Below are positions 10,415 to 19,582 of a stretch of DNA of 64,000 nt, piece by piece. The DNA comes from Balneola sp. (GTDB taxonomy: Bacteria > Bacteroidota > Rhodothermia > Balneolales > Balneolaceae), in assembly GCA_965230095.1 (NCBI GenBank), contig OZ245946.1, positions 517,210 through 581,209 on the forward strand, read 5' to 3'. The notes below the pieces were generated by a model. That model made no database searches and was not told where the DNA came from. It was given only the letters and a program-made list of their open reading frames with translations. A program made the position numbers and the translations under genes. Position 1 is the first letter of the stretch. Each line of letters opens with the position of its first letter.

Positions 10415-11431
10415 ATGAAAACAAGAGTTCATTACATATTATTTATAGTTTTATTTGTTGCTTGTGAAACAACAAAAGACGACACAACTATTACCGATTT
10501 TGGACGGGTGTTTGTATCAAGTAATACACAATCCAAAATTGGGATTTTTGACTTTTCAGATATAAATAACAAAACTACTGTTGAATATATCACAACCAGT
10601 GATGATGCTGAAGGTATATATTATGACAATAATAGAGATATTGTTTACCAGGCAGACAGAGAGAATAACAGGCTGAACGCCTACTCTAGATTATCTACTA
10701 ATGCACCTGGTTCTGGAATATTACCTAGTGCTATAAGTACTTCAGATTTTACAAATCCTAGAGGACTAACTTCAGACGATAACATTGCCCTGGTGGTTCA
10801 GGCTGGAACGGAAGAAAACGGACAGCAAAATGGTTTATTTATGTACGATATAAGTGCTGCTGAAATTACTTTGAGAAATCAGTTTTCTACAAGCTTTCCA
10901 CTATGGGATATTCAATTGGTAGGCAATACTTTATATGCTGCTCAGGATGAATCAGACAGTTTAGCTATTTTTAATAATTTTTTTGGACGTACTGACGGGG
11001 CAATAATCCCGGATTTTAAAATAAAACTGGATAATGTAGAACATATTCAGGGACTATTTTATAATCTGGAAAATGATTTAATGATAATTACAGATGTTGG
11101 TGATGTTTCGTCTGGTATTGGGGATGGGCAGATCGTTCTAATTGAAGATTTTAATCTTAAAACCTCAGCCGCGCTTCAGGAAGTTGAAAAAACCATTCCA
11201 AGTGGGGAAATGATATTCATTAAAGGAGCTAATACTCAATTACAAAACCCGGTGGATGTAATCTATCATAGTGCTGCTAATCGTATTATAGTGGCAGAAC
11301 GCTCTACAAATGGTGGAATGTTTTTTTCTTTTGAGTATCCGGTTCAAACGGATGATATTAATGAATTCAATTCGGCACCGCTATATTCTATTGAGTATAA
11401 TGGAATTTCGAATCTTTATATAGATCAGTAA
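10415..11431 (+). CDS. Lipoprotein, probable beta-propeller (paralog 1)
   Basis: Lipobox FVAC; repeated blade-like motifs; clear paralog of the next gene. Confidence 0.75.
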   Translation: MKTRVHYILFIVLFVACETTKDDTTITDFGRVFVSSNTQSKIGIFDFSDINNKTTVEYITTSDDAEGIYYDNNRDIVYQADRENNRLNAYSRLSTNAPGSGILPSAISTSDFTNPRGLTSDDNIALVVQAGTEENGQQNGLFMYDISAAEITLRNQFSTSFPLWDIQLVGNTLYAAQDESDSLAIFNNFFGRTDGAIIPDFKIKLDNVEHIQGLFYNLENDLMIITDVGDVSSGIGDGQIVLIEDFNLKTSAALQEVEKTIPSGEMIFIKGANTQLQNPVDVIYHSAANRIIVAERSTNGGMFFSFEYPVQTDDINEFNSAPLYSIEYNGISNLYIDQ

Positions 11432-11521
11432 CAACGTAAATAAATAAATCTGTTTCTATAGTTACTTCGTATTAATTTGTGATTAAGAAAAACTAATAAT
11501 AAGGAAAACAAAAAGGCAGTT

Positions 11522-12526
11522 ATGAAAAAAACAAAAATCTCATCACTATTAATTTTTTTATTTGGGATAGTATTCATCTCGTGTGGTAGTAGCAATGACG
11601 ACGACGATATTACCACAGAATTCGGAGCAGTTTTTGTTTCAAGTAACACAACTCCGGTAGTTGGTATATATGATTTCTCTTCTACAACAGTAAGTTCAAT
11701 TCAGTTTGGGTTAAGTTCTGCTGATTCAGACGGAATCATTTACAGCTCTGTTTCTGATGAATTATATATTGCATCCAGAACTAATAACAGAGTGGAAGTA
11801 TACACTGACCTTACGAAAACTGAAGCGTCTCTAAATATAGAGCTGGCTTTTAGCAGTAGTCAGGATTTTGCCAATGCACGTAAATTAGCCGCTTCAGGGA
11901 GCAAAGTTGTTGTTTCACAGGATGCGTCCGATGCCAATAACCAAACGAATGCATATTATGTCTACGAAGTAGGAGATAACTCAGCTACACTGGTAAACAC
12001 CTATACAGCTGATATCAACCTTTGGGATATTCAATTTTCAGGAAATGCATTATATGCTATTCAGGATAATTCAGATACTCTTGTTGTATATAATAATTTT
12101 TTGAGCAATTCAGATGGGTTAGTTTCTCCTGATACGAAAGTTCAAATAGAAGGAATTGTAAGAACTCATGCATTACATTATAATGCTTCAAGCGACATTA
12201 TGTTTTTAAGTGATATTGGTGATGCGGGAAGTTCAACAGACGGAGCTATTCATGTAATTTCAGATTTTAGTTCTAAATTTGCAACAGCCGGAAATAATGG
12301 TACTATATCTACCTCTGATCAAATAGTAATTGAAGGGAGTAATACACAGCTAGGAAATCCTGTTGGAATTGCTTATAACAGTGAGACTCAAAAAATCTAT
12401 GTAGCAGAAAGAGCTGTGGACGGAGGAAAACTTCTTGAATTCGATTTACCATCTTCAAATGGGAATGCCTCGCCTACTTATTCACAAAACTTTGCAGGAG
12501 CAGCAGCTGTTTACTTTGCTAATTAA
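11522..12526 (+). CDS. Lipoprotein, probable beta-propeller (paralog 2)
   Basis: Lipobox FISC; shares FVSSNT, LWDIQ, DVG/DIG, NTQL-NPV and VAER motifs with 10415..11431. Confidence 0.75.
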   Translation: MKKTKISSLLIFLFGIVFISCGSSNDDDDITTEFGAVFVSSNTTPVVGIYDFSSTTVSSIQFGLSSADSDGIIYSSVSDELYIASRTNNRVEVYTDLTKTEASLNIELAFSSSQDFANARKLAASGSKVVVSQDASDANNQTNAYYVYEVGDNSATLVNTYTADINLWDIQFSGNALYAIQDNSDTLVVYNNFLSNSDGLVSPDTKVQIEGIVRTHALHYNASSDIMFLSDIGDAGSSTDGAIHVISDFSSKFATAGNNGTISTSDQIVIEGSNTQLGNPVGIAYNSETQKIYVAERAVDGGKLLEFDLPSSNGNASPTYSQNFAGAAAVYFAN

Positions 12527-12555
12527 TTAACAGAACTAAGCTTTAAAAAATGAGT

Positions 12556-12581
12556 AAAGGATGCTTTTGGCATCCTTTTTT
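12556..12581. terminator. Bidirectional intrinsic terminator
   Basis: AAAGGATGC-TTTTG-GCATCCTTT followed by T run, between convergent genes. Confidence 0.8.
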
Positions 12582-12583
12582 AT

Positions 12584-13795
12584 TTAAAAGAAGGAAGATA
12601 ATTGTATTCTGAAAGCATATTCGGATAGATCAAAATCTCCCTGATCTGAAAAAGAAGCTTTTAGTAATAAATTAGGGGCAAATTTATAACCAAAAACAGC
12701 TGATAAACGCGATACATTTTCGTCCCATTTTATCGATTCATTTGTTTCAGGGTCATCTGCATCAATAAACAACAGATGTTCTGCTCTTAAAGCAATGTAA
12801 CTTCCGGTAAATCCGGGCGGTTCATACTTAAAATCTATATTTCCTGATATATTGCTAAGATTATAGTTGCAAAGCCTGCCGCCACAATTTGTGTTGAACT
12901 GGTTTGAGATAAAACCTGTTGTTTTCCAATTTGAGTAAATAGCTTCTCCAATTATTTCGAAATATGTAAAAGCTACTTTGACATCAGTACCAAGCAACAG
13001 TTGATAAAATTTCTGAAAGCTTTCATCTGAACGAACTGAATTATTGAGAGGATCTCCTTGCATAAAATTCCCGAAACTAAAGGAAAAACCTTGCTCCCAA
13101 GTCACAAAGGGTCTGTAGAATAACCTGGATGTAAATGCTAAATTTGGAAGGGAAGAGCGATCCCGAATCGTGATAGGAGTACCATTCGTAAGTGCTGCAT
13201 CAATGAATAACTTATCTTTACTAAGCTCAATCTGGGTGCCAATTCCTGTTACATAGCCTGCGAAATAGATCGAAGGTAACCCAACATCTCCTTCTTCATA
13301 TTCTGCATTAGTATTATTACCTGCTTCCGGCCAATAACCTCTTATATCAGAAATATTTGTGAAATAGCTATATCCCAAAGGATGTTGAACAAAAACCCGG
13401 TCAGTAGATAGCTGTCGTTTTGTGTAAAAACCAAAAGGGGAGATAAATCTTCCGGCTTTTATGATATAGGAATTTTCGGGGTTGTCCCAGGTTATACTGG
13501 CAAGAGAAATTCGTGGTGAATTTAGCTTCCCACTACCCCATGTGTCTAGTTGAATTCTGCTTTCAAAGAAAATTACATCACTTATTGGAGCAAAAAGAAA
13601 TGCATTCAGCTGTGTTACTGAGAGATTTGGCGCTTCAAATTCCCGGGGGATACCATTTGTAATAAATCGGGACTGTTCACCGCCTGCTGATAATTCCAGA
13701 TCTACCGATCCATTCAATTGTAATTGAGAATAGGCAGATTGTGAAATAAAGAAAAAGCAAAAAAGTAAGCTTATCAGAAGTTTTGGTATTTTCAT
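12584..13795 (-). CDS. Outer-membrane beta-barrel protein (paralog A)
   Basis: Sec signal, amphipathic strands, KAGRFISPFG motif, C-terminal Phe (SSFF). Confidence 0.75.
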   Translation of the reverse strand: MKIPKLLISLLFCFFFISQSAYSQLQLNGSVDLELSAGGEQSRFITNGIPREFEAPNLSVTQLNAFLFAPISDVIFFESRIQLDTWGSGKLNSPRISLASITWDNPENSYIIKAGRFISPFGFYTKRQLSTDRVFVQHPLGYSYFTNISDIRGYWPEAGNNTNAEYEEGDVGLPSIYFAGYVTGIGTQIELSKDKLFIDAALTNGTPITIRDRSSLPNLAFTSRLFYRPFVTWEQGFSFSFGNFMQGDPLNNSVRSDESFQKFYQLLLGTDVKVAFTYFEIIGEAIYSNWKTTGFISNQFNTNCGGRLCNYNLSNISGNIDFKYEPPGFTGSYIALRAEHLLFIDADDPETNESIKWDENVSRLSAVFGYKFAPNLLLKASFSDQGDFDLSEYAFRIQLSSFF

Positions 13796-13804
13796 GGTAA
13801 ATAT

Positions 13805-14377
13805 TTATTCATTGTTTAAGCTTGTGAATATGGCTGAATTTACAGCTGGATTCCTCCCTAAAGCCTCTTTAAGCGAAACAAAATGTGCAACTTCTATTGG
13901 GAATATACTTCCCATTATAAGTTTTGCATTAGGGCCCTGAAGGTCTCGAATGGAACTGGTGAAATATGAATTTGCAGCTTCCATTTCTAACTGCATAGCA
14001 AGTAAAATAGCCTCTTCTTCAGAACTAACATCATTAATTCTTTGATCAGGCCCAAAATCATTAACAGATACAGAATCACCATCAGCTTGTATGAGAATAT
14101 CATTGAAGAGCTGTAAATGCTCAATATGATGATTTTTATAGTCTCTTGCTCTACTGACAAGCGTTTGATTAGTTATAATTCCTGATTCTGCTGCTGCATT
14201 ATAGGTTTGAATTGCTATAGCTTCTCGTTCAGCTGCTTGATTAATAACCAGATTGTCTCCGGTTAGTTCTGTTTCAGAATTACTTCCTACTCCTGCTCCT
14301 GTACTACAACCAATTAAAGTAGCACCTGAAGTTAAGCCTAGTATGGGTAGTGATCTTAAGAATGATTTTCTATTCAT
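13805..14377 (-). CDS. Ferritin-like di-iron lipoprotein with Tat-type signal
   Basis: MNRKSFL...LIGC; four-helix ligand pattern EREA / HIEH / EMEA / EVAH. Confidence 0.75.
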   Translation of the reverse strand: MNRKSFLRSLPILGLTSGATLIGCSTGAGVGSNSETELTGDNLVINQAAEREAIAIQTYNAAAESGIITNQTLVSRARDYKNHHIEHLQLFNDILIQADGDSVSVNDFGPDQRINDVSSEEEAILLAMQLEMEAANSYFTSSIRDLQGPNAKLIMGSIFPIEVAHFVSLKEALGRNPAVNSAIFTSLNNE

Positions 14378-14419
14378 ATGTGATCCTCTTTTAATTCTCT
14401 CTTAAATAGTTTCTAATTA

Positions 14420-15631
14420 CTAGAAAAATGCTGAAACGGTACTTCTGAATGTATAAAACGAAGAATCAAAAGGGGTTTGTTCGCTTAATGTAATTTTAAG
14501 TTCTACGTTTCTGCCTAGTTTATGCCCAAAAGCAGCTGAAACTCTTCCAATATCCTTATCCCACTCATTGTTTAAGTAAATACTTTCACCTTTACCATTC
14601 CCTATAAAATTGAGGTAATCTAGTCTTAAAGCAAGATAACTTCCGGGCACTGAAGTAGGTTCAAATCTAAAATCAATATTGGTACCTAAGTTGGAAAAGT
14701 TTTCTTCCTGAAAAATGTTGGAAGCCCCAACCGTTTGAAAACTTTCATCTCCAAAAACTGGAACATACCAGTAAGAATAGATAGCTTCTGCGGTTATTTG
14801 CCAATACCCAAGTCCATATTTAATATCAGTACCAATAATACTCTGACGATACCTTTCTAATGGATTAAACGGCCTGAATGCATTATTAACACTACCTTCT
14901 CTCATAAAGCTGCCATAAGCTGCAGTAAACCCTACATCCCATTTAATGTCAGGTTTTATAGTGAATCGAGCTAGAAATGCTGCATTTGCAAGGTTTGTAT
15001 AATTTTTATCAGAGGCAGGAGCTACAGAAGTGATGCCTAATTTTAAATTTGTTTTGTCTTCTGTAATATCCCATTCAAAAAGTCCTCCTGTTGCATAACC
15101 TCCAAAATAAATAGATGTAAGGCCTACATCATTTGAGGTGTAAGATCCACCTTCTCCAGCCAGCGGCCAATATCCCCGTTGATCAGATATATTTACAAAA
15201 TAGGAGTAGGAAAGAGGGAGATCATGAAAGTTACGATCAAGTAATAAAGTTTTATTTGAATAAAAACCTACAGGGCTAATAAACCTACCTGCTTTTATTG
15301 AATAGTCATTTTTGGGATCTGCCCAGGTAATATTTGCGAGTGTGAAATAGGGGTCTTTAAGCTCGCCTGTTCCCCAAGTGTCTGTTTGTAATCTTGCTTC
15401 AAAGAAAAAAGTGTCATTTATAGGAGCAAAGATAAAAAGATTAACCTGAGGAATTCTAAAGTGAGCATATCTGTATTCACTTTCGATACTATTTTTTACA
15501 AAACTAGAACTCTCACCGCCGACTCTCGCCCCAAAATCAATAGATCCATTGAATTGAATTTGAGACAGAGCTGTATCTGTAAACAAAATTAATAAACCAA
15601 AAAAAGACAGTATTGAGATTTTTTTAATCAT
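14420..15631 (-). CDS. Outer-membrane beta-barrel protein (paralog B)
   Basis: Sec signal, KAGRFISPVG motif, C-terminal Phe (SAFF); same length (403 aa) as paralog A. Confidence 0.75.
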   Translation of the reverse strand: MIKKISILSFFGLLILFTDTALSQIQFNGSIDFGARVGGESSSFVKNSIESEYRYAHFRIPQVNLFIFAPINDTFFFEARLQTDTWGTGELKDPYFTLANITWADPKNDYSIKAGRFISPVGFYSNKTLLLDRNFHDLPLSYSYFVNISDQRGYWPLAGEGGSYTSNDVGLTSIYFGGYATGGLFEWDITEDKTNLKLGITSVAPASDKNYTNLANAAFLARFTIKPDIKWDVGFTAAYGSFMREGSVNNAFRPFNPLERYRQSIIGTDIKYGLGYWQITAEAIYSYWYVPVFGDESFQTVGASNIFQEENFSNLGTNIDFRFEPTSVPGSYLALRLDYLNFIGNGKGESIYLNNEWDKDIGRVSAAFGHKLGRNVELKITLSEQTPFDSSFYTFRSTVSAFF

Positions 15632-17315
15632 AAAGTACTTCAGAGACTATAACACTTCCTTTAAATCCTTTTAGTTCCTGTGCTCCAACCTCTCTGAAAC
15701 TCAGATCTTCAACTTCGTGGCTATATTGACTGATTAATTCTTTTGGTATTAAGATTTGAGCGTCTTTTGCTGAAGAGCATAATCGTGCACACAGGTTTAC
15801 TTCGGAACCAATTACAGTATAATCCATACGTTCTTTAGCTCCCATATTTCCCAGAATCACTTTTCCGAAATTGATGCCTATGCCAATGCCATCAAAAAAC
15901 TCATTGAGTTCATTATCCGATTTAAAATCTTTTTGAATTTCAATGGCCGAATTAATGGCTTCTTTAAGTGAATCAGTACCGGCAAACAATGCGATCAAAG
16001 AATCACCTACATATTTATCAATTGACCCATTATGCAAAAGTACAGTGTCAGCTTGTTTACCTAAAGTTTTATTAAGCTTTTCCAGGAATTCTTCAGGGGT
16101 AGATGTTGAAATCTTAGAGGTAGAGCCTCTGATATCTGTGAACAATATTGCAAGTTCCTGAAAAGAAGCTTTTTCATCTAAATCAACAGTTTGTTTTTCC
16201 TGGATCATCTTTAAAGTATGATCACCCACGTATTTTGTAAGTGCAAAACGTTCACGTAAACCCTGAAGCATTTCATTAAACGTTTTTGTGAGAATCCCTA
16301 CTTCGTCTCGGGATTTTGATTGTACCTCAACATCCAAATCACCTTCTCTTACTCTAAGCATGGCTTTTGTAAGTCTTTGTATAGGTCCTGAAAAAGCACC
16401 GGCAATGATGAAGGCAATGGGTACAATTACCAGAAAGCTGGAAGCAGCAATTAATAAAATATTTTTCTGGATAGTACCAAGTATCTCAAATTGTACATCT
16501 ACAGGAACATAAGCTATATAATAAGCTCTTTCTTCGGTTCCCAACGGACTTATAAATGCAAGTACTTCTTTATCATTTAAGCTAGTTCTGAACGGTGTGC
16601 TTATCACTAAATTTGAAGTAAGTGAGTCAATTAATCCCATCTTTGATTTCACAAACTGGCTGTAAACAGACATGTTCTCATTAACATTAGAATAAGCAAT
16701 GGGTGTTTCTTCCAAAAACATGATTACATCAAGGGGGGTATTCTGTTTAAGTAAGCGTGCTTCCGAATCCTGAAATTTAGTACCCAAAGTTGTTGTTCCG
16801 ATTATAGAATTTCCGGCATAAATCGGAATAGTTACAATCTGAAAAAGCTCACCTTCAACAGCCCATAATCTTGGCCATTCTATATTTAAAGGTGGCTCAA
16901 TTCCATTTAAAGCGTCCTGAATACTCCTTCTTGATGAAATGTCAGTTCCTGCTCTTTCTTCATTATTAAGCCATGCAAGTACACTTCCTTCATCATTTGT
17001 AACTACAAAAAGATCCGTTTTAATGAAAAGAGAAAATTCGTTTACAGTAAAATTTACAGATGCAGGATCATTCAATTCCACATTAGCTTTGTATGTAGAG
17101 TTTTCACTGATTAAGTAGGAAGATTCGACCAATCGATCATACTGAAGTGTTTGCTGCTGCTTGAAAAATCCCTGCAACTGGCTGAAGTCAAGAACAATAT
17201 CTTCATTCAGCGTCTTTGAAAATGTATTGTTTACAGCAGTTAATACCGTAACCAAAACGATCAGAGTTAGTCCAATCAGAAGGATAATTAATTTGGTGCT
17301 TATTCTTAAACTCAA
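15624..17315 (-). CDS. Membrane class III adenylate/guanylate cyclase with periplasmic sensor and HAMP domain
   Basis: Two TM helices, HAMP (PIQRLTKAM...DEVGILTKTFNEM), LFTDIRGST, IDKYVGD, DYTVIGSEVNLCARL; Lys/Asp specificity residues suggest ATP. Confidence 0.9.
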   Translation of the reverse strand: MSLRISTKLIILLIGLTLIVLVTVLTAVNNTFSKTLNEDIVLDFSQLQGFFKQQQTLQYDRLVESSYLISENSTYKANVELNDPASVNFTVNEFSLFIKTDLFVVTNDEGSVLAWLNNEERAGTDISSRRSIQDALNGIEPPLNIEWPRLWAVEGELFQIVTIPIYAGNSIIGTTTLGTKFQDSEARLLKQNTPLDVIMFLEETPIAYSNVNENMSVYSQFVKSKMGLIDSLTSNLVISTPFRTSLNDKEVLAFISPLGTEERAYYIAYVPVDVQFEILGTIQKNILLIAASSFLVIVPIAFIIAGAFSGPIQRLTKAMLRVREGDLDVEVQSKSRDEVGILTKTFNEMLQGLRERFALTKYVGDHTLKMIQEKQTVDLDEKASFQELAILFTDIRGSTSKISTSTPEEFLEKLNKTLGKQADTVLLHNGSIDKYVGDSLIALFAGTDSLKEAINSAIEIQKDFKSDNELNEFFDGIGIGINFGKVILGNMGAKERMDYTVIGSEVNLCARLCSSAKDAQILIPKELISQYSHEVEDLSFREVGAQELKGFKGSVIVSEVLYD

Positions 17316-17317
17316 GA

Positions 17318-18076
17318 TCAGTTAGCTAAATTAAAATTTGTCTCTGTAGTATTATCGGACTGTAATGATACTGTTCTGGATATGATATCAAAAGATGGGT
17401 TATATACTCTGATCTCATAATCGCCTTCAGGAAGGTCAGATAGTTCGTATGTCCCGTCCTCATTTAGTCGTGTGAAATAAGGAGTATCTAGACTAAGTAT
17501 AGTCGCTTTCATTTGTGAATGAACATCACAAAATAATGTAATAGGACCTATTCCGGTAACTTTCCACTTAGGCGCTTCAATTTGTTTAGAAAAAATATCT
17601 CCCGGTTGGCGCCTTCCAATATTAAATTTAGATCCGGGTGTAAGGGAAAATACATTATGAAAGAAGGGGTCATCATTTACAAATTGTACAACTGTACCCA
17701 CTGTTACAGGAGTTACATTAGGTAGGAAAGTGGCATCTTTTTGTTCAATAATAACCGGTTCACCACTCATATCATCCGTGATGGAATAAGAAAGAGGATG
17801 AGCACTTACAATTGTATTTTTAAACTTAGAACCTTCTTCTGAATTCGAGTTAACAGAAGAGGATGACCCAGAGTTTCCTCTGCTTCTATAACTTGAGCCA
17901 CGAAATTGTCTTCTGGTTGTAGATTGCTCAGGAACAGTAACAGTTCCCATTATGGTTCCGGAGATAGTATCAACGGAGTAAGTAAAAGAAAAATCGGGTG
18001 AAATCTCATCAGCACTTTTAAATGAAAAAGCTGATACAAATAAAGCCACCGAAAAACCTAAAATATATTTTCTCAT
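17318..18076 (-). CDS. Secreted cupredoxin-like protein with carboxypeptidase-regulatory-like domain
   Basis: Signal peptide; N-x-D-P-x-x-H-N-V-F-S and F-C-D-V-H-S-Q-M give a His/Cys/His/Met type-1 copper set; C-terminal DGTYELSDLPEGDYEIRVY. Confidence 0.8.
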   Translation of the reverse strand: MRKYILGFSVALFVSAFSFKSADEISPDFSFTYSVDTISGTIMGTVTVPEQSTTRRQFRGSSYRSRGNSGSSSSVNSNSEEGSKFKNTIVSAHPLSYSITDDMSGEPVIIEQKDATFLPNVTPVTVGTVVQFVNDDPFFHNVFSLTPGSKFNIGRRQPGDIFSKQIEAPKWKVTGIGPITLFCDVHSQMKATILSLDTPYFTRLNEDGTYELSDLPEGDYEIRVYNPSFDIISRTVSLQSDNTTETNFNLAN

Positions 18077-18146
18077 TTTTTATCTCTGAATACGTAAGCA
18101 ACTTAATACAAGATTGGAAGGAATATAGTAAAACAGGACAGTTTTT

Positions 18147-18707
18147 CTAAAGTCCCTGCAAACTGATTTTGGTAGTGTCGTCAGGAACTAAATAAGGATT
18201 TACCGTATCATAAACTACCCAAGCATCTCTGAAAAACCTTTTAACCAGCTTAGAAAATGATAGAGCCCGATCTCTGGAATGGAAATCACCTACATGAACT
18301 CTGTAATAAGGAGTTTTGAAAAAAGTATAGGTTTCAGCCTGGTAACCTGTAATCGTAGTATCAGACCAAGCTCTGAAACGCGAAGCAATTGTGTCGGCTT
18401 CAAATACATTCTGCCCAGAGTAAACCTGAATTCGGTATCCTTTAGTTAGGTCCACTTCCACTTCCTTCTCTTTTTTAATTTCGGAGTAGATATTTGGAAT
18501 TTCATTATTATTTGAAGAATAAGTGTCCGATAAACTGCTTATTAAAACAGCTTCGCTATCAGATATTGCAGGGTCTTCATTTACTGATTCTTTATTTTCC
18601 GAATCATTATAAACTGTATCTGAAGTAGTTGAATGAGATGATGTACATGCTCCGAAAAATCCGGATAACAGGAAAATAACTAACGGTATTTTTGTAAATG
18701 ATTTCAT
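18147..18707 (-). CDS. SPOR-domain lipoprotein
   Basis: Start moved to ATG 18707 (TAATG overlap with upstream stop); lipobox FGAC; GYRIQVY and PYYRVHVGDF...FRDAWVV. Confidence 0.8.
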   Translation of the reverse strand: MKSFTKIPLVIFLLSGFFGACTSSHSTTSDTVYNDSENKESVNEDPAISDSEAVLISSLSDTYSSNNNEIPNIYSEIKKEKEVEVDLTKGYRIQVYSGQNVFEADTIASRFRAWSDTTITGYQAETYTFFKTPYYRVHVGDFHSRDRALSFSKLVKRFFRDAWVVYDTVNPYLVPDDTTKISLQGL

Positions 18708-19573
18708 TAAAAACCAACGGGATGCCATGTAGTTTTGGTCTCCTGAAAATCAATAACAAAATACGGGCTTGCAGAATTTTCCTCATACCAGTCAGTAATA
18801 TCTTTTCTTACCACTCTTTTTATATTGTTTGAAGATAATTCATCAATTGTAACTTTCGTTTCTTTATCCAGCTGATCAGTATATAAAATGGAATTAACAT
18901 CCATATGAGAACTAAAATGTTCTACCAGTTCTAACCTTTTACCGGTAAGAATATTCACAACTCCACCTGGCACATCAGAAGAATTTAAAACCTCTGCAAA
19001 ACTAATTGATGGAAGGGGATATTGCTCCGAAGCGTGTACTACACAGGTATTGCCACCGGCTATGATCGGAGCAATTACTGACACTAAACCCAGTAAAGGA
19101 CTGTTTTCTGGTGCGAGTACAGAAACAACTCCTGTTGGTTCCAGAATACTGAAATTAAAATGAGCACTTGCTACCGGATTTACAGAACCAAATACCTGTT
19201 GGTATTTGTCAGTCCATCCGGCGTAATAAATTAACCGGTCTATGGACGCATTTATATCGGCATTTGCTTCTTCTTTTGTAAAACCGATTTGTCCCAGTTC
19301 CTTCACAAACTGATCTCTTCGGTTTTCCATCATTTCACCGATTCTGTAAAGAATCTGCCCTTTGTTGTATGATGTTCTTGAACTCCATCCCTTAAAAGCA
19401 GCACGAGCAGCTAAAACGGCATCTCTGAAATCTTTTCGGGTACAACGACATGCGTTAGCCAGAAAATCTCCTTCACTATCAAAAACTTTATAATAGTGAC
19501 CGGATTCACTACGCGGGAACGAGCCACCAACGTAGGTTTTGTATGTTTTTTGCACTTCTATTCTTTCACTCAT
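18707..19573 (-). CDS. Short aldehyde dehydrogenase-family protein lacking the catalytic domain
   Basis: ALDH N-terminal NAD-binding fold (EPTGVVSVLAP, GVVNILTG) but only 288 aa; no ELGGK or catalytic Cys motif. Confidence 0.8.
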   Translation of the reverse strand: MSERIEVQKTYKTYVGGSFPRSESGHYYKVFDSEGDFLANACRCTRKDFRDAVLAARAAFKGWSSRTSYNKGQILYRIGEMMENRRDQFVKELGQIGFTKEEANADINASIDRLIYYAGWTDKYQQVFGSVNPVASAHFNFSILEPTGVVSVLAPENSPLLGLVSVIAPIIAGGNTCVVHASEQYPLPSISFAEVLNSSDVPGGVVNILTGKRLELVEHFSSHMDVNSILYTDQLDKETKVTIDELSSNNIKRVVRKDITDWYEENSASPYFVIDFQETKTTWHPVGF

Positions 19574-19582
19574 AATAATTCC

